This document shows, piece after piece, positions 57,589 to 64,000 of a stretch of DNA of 64,000 nt. The notes beneath the pieces are model-generated. The model ran no database searches. It was given only the letters and a program-made list of their open reading frames with translations, and was not told the origin of the DNA. Position numbers and translations under genes: made by a program. This stretch comes from Eledone cirrhosa (Eukaryota). Within the stretch, counting starts at the first letter, position 1. The number at the start of each line of letters is the position of its first letter. The stretch covers positions 57,474,001-57,538,000 of the forward strand of contig OZ024746.1 in assembly GCA_964016885.1 (NCBI GenBank), written 5' to 3'.

Positions 57589-57954
57589 CCTGTTTGCTGA
57601 GATTAAAGTAAGTGAATGTGTCACTACTCTAAAACAATAGCATACGGTCTTCAAAATGCTTTTAATTAAGCATAAAGTGTATTGCAAAATACATTATATA
57701 TACATCCATATATATATTGCTATTTCAGAGCTCCAATTTTAATATATATATATTGCTTCACCATTTTGTTTCTTTTCCCTCGCGTCCCCTTTATTTACGT
57801 GTCCCAACGACTTTTTTTAGCCGTTGCTCGCACCAACCGGAGGTATATGGTCTTTAAAGCGATGAAATGCCTATGAAGGTTGGAAGATCACTGATGAAGG
57901 ACAAACTTTTTTCATATGTAACCCATTTGCAACTCCGCAGCGCCCTTATTATCA

Positions 57955-58000
<46 letters not shown>

Positions 58001-58267
58001 CATACATATATAAAGATGGTGGTTTTACACTTAGAATGTTTCCAGCCAAGGCAAAAGCCTGGGTAAGGTTTGTTTCTGGAAGATCCTCAGTCACACATGT
58101 GCACCAGTCTCCCCTCCCCGCGTTACCTAGTTATCCATGGAAAAGGTAATGGCCGATGCCGCTTGGCACCAGTGACGACGCAACTGATTACAAAAGATGA
58201 GTAAACTCGAAAAGTGTGAAATAAAATCTTGTGGCTTACTGAAGGACACAACACATCACCCGGTCCG

Positions 58268-58356
<89 letters not shown>

Positions 58357-58358
<2 letters not shown>

Positions 58359-58800
58359 TGAGAGGTATAGAGATTGTTTTAGCGAGAAGCTAACAGTATT
58401 CTATAACATATATGCGACTATAACGTCAAGATGGGAAAAGTAGTTAACGTAAGATTTAGGAAAAATAACTCAAACTCATCTCAAAAGAGAATCAGGATAC
58501 AAATTCATACACAGAATTTAGTGAAATCCAGGGAAAAATCAATAGACCTTTAACTCATGATATAATAAAGTTTAAAACACTTATCATTCAATTTGGAATA
58601 ACATCAAATGCTCTGTATAGTCTTAAAAGACTATTTCATGAAAACTTTCAGTGGTGATGGTCACGGTTGGATTTCAATCGTCAGCAGAGCTCAACAGAAA
58701 CCAAGGCTACCACAGTATTATAATCCGAAAAGGGAATTCTAAAACTGGCTAGTTCGCCATCATGCGTGATTATGAAAACGCACGAGGAAAAACGGGGCTA
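58357..58800 (-). mobile_element. Family G element with minimal-HHR-like motif (58610-58690)
   Basis: Minus strand: GCTCTG-CTGACGA-TT-GAAA-[~55 nt]-TA-CAGAGC. Confidence 0.7.
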
Positions 58801-58896
58801 GTGACGTCAGGATGAAAGTGAATGTTTATTTACAAGAAATAGCAGTCAAATACATTCTGAAAAAAATCTCTACAAAAGGACTTCAGCAAATAGCAA

Positions 58897-58965
<69 letters not shown>

Positions 58966-59615
58966 TGTGAAGGTGCATGGCTTAGTGTTTGGAGCATTGG
59001 GCTGGCAATTGTGAGTTCGAATACATATATATATATGTCTAGGAAGGTCTCATCATATACTCATGCGAGATACTCATTATCTAGATTAACTGATGTTTTA
59101 GGTGGTTTTCTGTGACAAACTTGGAACTCAGTCAACTGCAGAATTCATCTAAGACTATCAACTGTCATGCAATTGTAAAGACACAGACACACACACAAAT
59201 GTACACACACGCACACACACATACACACGCACACACACACACACTCTCTCACACACACACAAACACACACACAAACATACACTCAAAGGCACACATTGAG
59301 AGACGTATATACATCATAAAGTAGCATACAGATATAACGAATGTTCACATAAAAAGAATAATGGCAAACTTCGCAGCTACTAAAGATCCAATGGAAAGAT
59401 ACCTCATTGTCAGCCTTTTGTTTTCAGGACAAAGTAAGTAAGAAAATTAATCGTAACCACATAAAGTGACTTAACGACGCACAGCATACATGTATGCACA
59501 CGTGAATACGCACATACGCGCATTCTACATATAAATATAAACAAATATATATATATATATATATACGCACACACCCACACACACACATATATATGAATAC
59601 ATATATACATACATA

Positions 59616-59705
<90 letters not shown>

Positions 59706-59870
59706 TTATATATATATATTTGTGTGTGTCTGTGTGTATGTTTGTGTGTGTCTCTTTCTGTTTGTTGTAGGGGTACACTAGAACACATGAGATCACATAT
59801 TCTCATTTATATTCGTATAATTAATTAACAAGTTTGTTAGTTTGTTATCGTATCAAATGATATAAAGAAT

Positions 59871-59910
<40 letters not shown>

Positions 59911-60758
59911 TTGCACACATTTATATATATATATATATTTATATATATGCATTTGCACACATTCATATATATATATATATATATATATATGTATTTATGT
60001 GTGTATATATAGATATATTAGTATGTATGTGTGTGTGTGTGTGTGTGTGTGCGTGTGTGCGTGTGTGTGTGTGGGTGTGTGTGTGTGTATCTGTATGTGT
60101 GCTTTTGCGTAATATAATATACAGTATCCACAGTATAATACGGAATGAAATAACCCAATCAGATAAGCTAAAGAACATGAGATATATATCAGGTAGAATC
60201 ACATCACTGCGAGGGACTACGGATGTGTTTAGTTTAAAAGACAGTTAAAATGCAACTTTTGAGAATTTAATTTTAATTCTTTAATTATGTTTTATTTTTC
60301 AAATTCTTTTTAACTGTCATCTCCGTTGGAACCTTATCAAATGTTCCTTTTATCACTGAATTTAACGGATTATATTTTAAGATTTCTCTCCTACTAAAAC
60401 ACAAGATTGGACTCTGAGAAAAAGACGAAATATGTCGTTCTTTAAAGTTTACATATTCGTACACACTTCCTCGTTGTTTGATAATTTATAGTGCTTTTTA
60501 TATTAACTCTGTCACTTTTTCTCACGTTTACGTTCACCATGTACCTGTTGTCTTCTATCATTCCATCTTTACAACTAGTGCTCTAAATCTAATATTGCCT
60601 TCTACTTCAGGAACAAGGCTAGCAATTTCATCTATTGTGGTTTAACGATAAAGATGGTCTCAGCGTGATTTGAATTCAGATAACGAAAATCTGGAACAAA
60701 TAACGGAGTATGTTTTCCAGACGCACAAAGGGTTCTACTAATCAAATAATTATAATAA

Positions 60759-61210
60759 TAATGGTTTCACATTTAACCACAAAGCCAGCAATTTTTATTT
60801 TTAAATCGATTATATCACCCATTATATCACTGGTGCTTTATTTTATCGACCCCGTAAGGATGAAAGGCAAAGCTATCCTCACCGGAATTTGATCTCAGAT
60901 CGTAAAGAGCCATAACTCTATGATGCAAAACATGGTGTCTAACGCTCTACCGATAGTGCCAATCCACCACCCTAACAACAACAATAATAATGATTTCTAG
61001 TATAGGCACAAGGCCTATACTAATTTAGGGCGAGGGGAAGGTCGACTAAATTGACTCCAGTACGTTACTGGTACTTTATTTTATCGACCCTGTCAGAATG
61101 AATGGCAAAACTATCCTCTGCAGGATTTGAACTCAGTGCGTATAGATTTAGAATTCCATGCTGCAAAACATGGTTTTTGACGCACTATCAATGCTGCCAA
61201 TACACCGCCC
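60759..61210 (-). mobile_element. Two adjacent octopus-type SINE copies
   Basis: Consensus at ~60759-60972 and ~60988-61210. Confidence 0.8.
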
Positions 61211-61212
61211 TT

Positions 61213-62660
61213 GTTTATTTATTGGTCACAAGGGCCTACATATAAGGGACAATACAAAAGAACGTGACAGCGGGTGTTTACAATAAAACCGATTAAAATA
61301 ATATATACAACTATAAAAAATAAACAAGAAAATTAAAGCAATAAAAATAACCAAGAGCTGGAAGAACACCCTAAGGCCGACTCAGGAACCCCACCAATTC
61401 ACAACAACTTGATTCACCGAGAGCACCTGAGGAGGACATCCCTCACTTCTTCAAAACAAACCAGCCTACAGGCGCAAGGACAGGGTACGCCCATTCACAC
61501 GAGCCATTCTTGCAATATTCGTTCATCTTTTAGCAAAAATACTGTAGAGCGGCACTTCCCGTCTACGCTCATTTTCCTTTTCAACAGAAACTTGAAAAAG
61601 TTGATAGGGCACGGCCGAATAGAAAAGTGTCTCTCTACGTACATGTCAACGTCGTCTACCACACATCTCTTTCGCAACGGCCACCAGACCAAGGAAGACT
61701 GTCCGCCATTCCGCGCCAAAAAACGATGGGGCGGCCACCTTCATTATAGTCTCAGTCGATAGCCAGATTTGTTTCACATAGCTCCGAAAGTCAGTAATGC
61801 TCGGACATTGGCCCAATGCTCACAGAACGGTTTCGTCGTTCTGAAACCGGCAGTGGCCCCACCCCCTTGAAACATTGCCAAGCAAGGGTTTCTGGACGTT
61901 TTCCATAGTCCACAATTCGAAAGTCTTCCGGAAGAGTATGGTCAATTCAATTTCAGCGACACCCAGCAACATTCCAAGAACGTCGTCACCTCTTCCCACC
62001 ACTATTTCTCTACAGAACTCTAGGGTGGAATTTGCAGACTGAATTGCCCACCTGGTGGTCGACAAAGAATGCCTGGTAACATTCCAGATTCCAGGCGCCC
62101 AGACTCGGTCTCTTATTGACCCAGGACTGCAGAAAGACATGACTCACAAAAGATGACCACAAATGCACACAGTTTAAGAATCTTTGAAGATGCCGTAAAC
62201 ACAACGGCTCTTTGCGCATCAGCCATGATATGCTCAAAGTTCCAGGAGGATGGTGCTAGCAGCAGATGGATGCCTTACAAATGGAATCTTCACCACCCAC
62301 AAAATGCGGAAGTGCAAACGTTCTAATTTGGTGAGGTACGAACGGGATCAATGCACGATGGTTCGGCGGTAATAGATGATGGACGCATTGTATGCACTCA
62401 ACTACGAGGTTGTTGAACGGCATGCATTTGCCTCACCGTGTCAGGAGTATGGTCTTTACCCTAAGGCCTAGGTCTTTCTTAAACAACACTGTTACCCCAA
62501 CTCCCATTCCCGGCCGTCTGAAATATCCGAATATTTTATTATCGCCGAAAATTGGGTTGAATACACGGAAACAGTAGTTTCGCTGCCGGCACTGACATCT
62601 ATATCTACTGATCGGAGGTCGTTCAGCAAGTGATCCATCTTCTAGGACTATCCCAAGCCA
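61213..62660 (-). pseudogene. Internally deleted Tx1/L1-like LINE ORF2 remnant
   Basis: Zn-knuckle-like HCRFQNDETVL, C-terminal INFFKFLLKRKM, and an endonuclease-like N-terminal stretch (GVGVTVLFKK) near 62480-62630. Confidence 0.6.
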
Positions 62661-63303
62661 TGAAGATTCAAATATCCCACTCTATATCCCAAATATCCCA
62701 ATGTTAGTTGGTTAAGTAAGTGAGGTAGGATCTACTTTCTTCCATTTCAACACCAACCTGGCTGATTCTATGAAATAAAAACACATTTTAAAATGTTCCT
62801 AATGAGATTAGAATTTTCCAACTTTATTTCATATCAGAAATGTATGTTAATTTGCTTTCTTATTAATCAAATCGTAAACAAATATACTAAATCCATTGGT
62901 AAACTCAAATAGAATACATTTTATTAGAAATGCGTGCACGAAACGGTTAAATAGTTTCTAAAAGATCGGTCAATAACTGAGCAGATGGATAGAGAACGCG
63001 GGAATATAATTACGCCAGAGAAAGGCATTTAAATATTTCAATGTGTATGTGCGATAGATAAAAATGGTTAATACCGTGAGCTGGTCATTTATAAGTATCG
63101 ATTGTGATTTTAGACGGAGATAACTGGTTCATCTGTACTTTTCAGGCTAAAACTCATGTTTTTAGATGTATGCTATAAATATACTTATAATTTTATACAC
63201 TTCTCTCTCTCTAACACACACACACACACTCTATCTCTCTCTCTTTTTCTCTCTCTCTATCTCTCTCTCTCTATCTCTCTCTCTCTAACACACACACACT
63301 CTA

Positions 63304-63385
<82 letters not shown>

Positions 63386-63461
63386 ATCCCTCTCTCTCTC
63401 TGAATATATATATGGCAGCACCCACATATGCAAATACACACAATAAACACCTGTATGTATA

Positions 63462-63500
<39 letters not shown>

Positions 63501-63534
63501 GAATATATATTTATATATATATATATATATATAT

Positions 63535-63595
<61 letters not shown>

Positions 63596-64000
63596 GTATA
63601 TATATATATATTATATATATAAAGCCCAACTTAATGTTTGTATATTGGTATTCCTCTGGATGTTTGCAGTCAATAATTACAGACTTGCAATTGATACGAA
63701 AGATATGGCTGATGGGTCGGTGAGATATTCTTCATAAATCACTCCCAATATTCGGAATACAGCCAAGTATCCACTCGCTAATTTCTTCTACAAAACCCAA
63801 GCAATCAACCAAAACAAGAACAAGAGTAACAGACAAAACATATAACGCCAAAGATTGAGGAAATCTTAGCTTCTATAAACAAACCAAAATGTTTATTCTT
63901 TCTAATACTAAAATATAGAAATAAAAGTGAAATTTAATATGTCTTTCTGTCTGGAATATCACATGAGAGTATGCTGCATTATAAGAGGGTGAGATGGGAA

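Larger units (their letters stand above)
56908..57742. mobile_element. Retrozyme-like family H: 318-bp monomer, ~1.6 tandem copies + inverted copy
   Basis: TATATGGATGTATATATAATGTATTTTGCAAT recurs 318 bp apart; inverted copy 57421-57742. Confidence 0.92.

Noticed and set aside
57886-57915. GATCACTGATGAAGGAC core
   Set aside because: No downstream GAAA or stem I; truncated or chance match

Overview
This is very AT-rich eukaryotic non-coding DNA saturated with (TA)n/(CA)n/(GA)n microsatellites. The dominant tRNA-derived SINE looks like the octopus SINEs, so the source is probably an octopod cephalopod (inference). Nearly all ORF-track entries (YIYIY, CVCVC, HTHT, SLSL) are microsatellite artefacts, and no intact host gene can be supported. 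Recognisable coding remnants are Penelope-like elements (PLEs): a near full-length but frameshifted Naiad-type RT + GIY-YIG element at ~52.0-56.8 kb with direct and inverted pseudo-LTRs, a second PLE at 45.2-47.0 kb, and two more endonuclease fragments. There are also Tx1/L1-like and R4-like LINE fragments and a decayed Cys-rich ORF. The main discovery is about 30 type-I hammerhead ribozyme (HHR) motifs, intact, variant or partial, from about 15 distinct sequence families in 64 kb, all found by eye. Most sit in short non-coding 300-700 bp elements arranged as partial tandems plus a fold-back (inverted) copy and inserted in (TA)n tracts. Three of these families share an ATGCAAAT octamer + TATA module at conserved spacing upstream of the ribozyme, two carry the compensatory U3-A8 core variant, and one inverted arm spans the monomer junction. 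Together these point to a large system of retrozyme-like, self-cleaving, probably circular-RNA-producing non-autonomous elements mobilised by PLE reverse transcriptase. Activity and novelty are untested.
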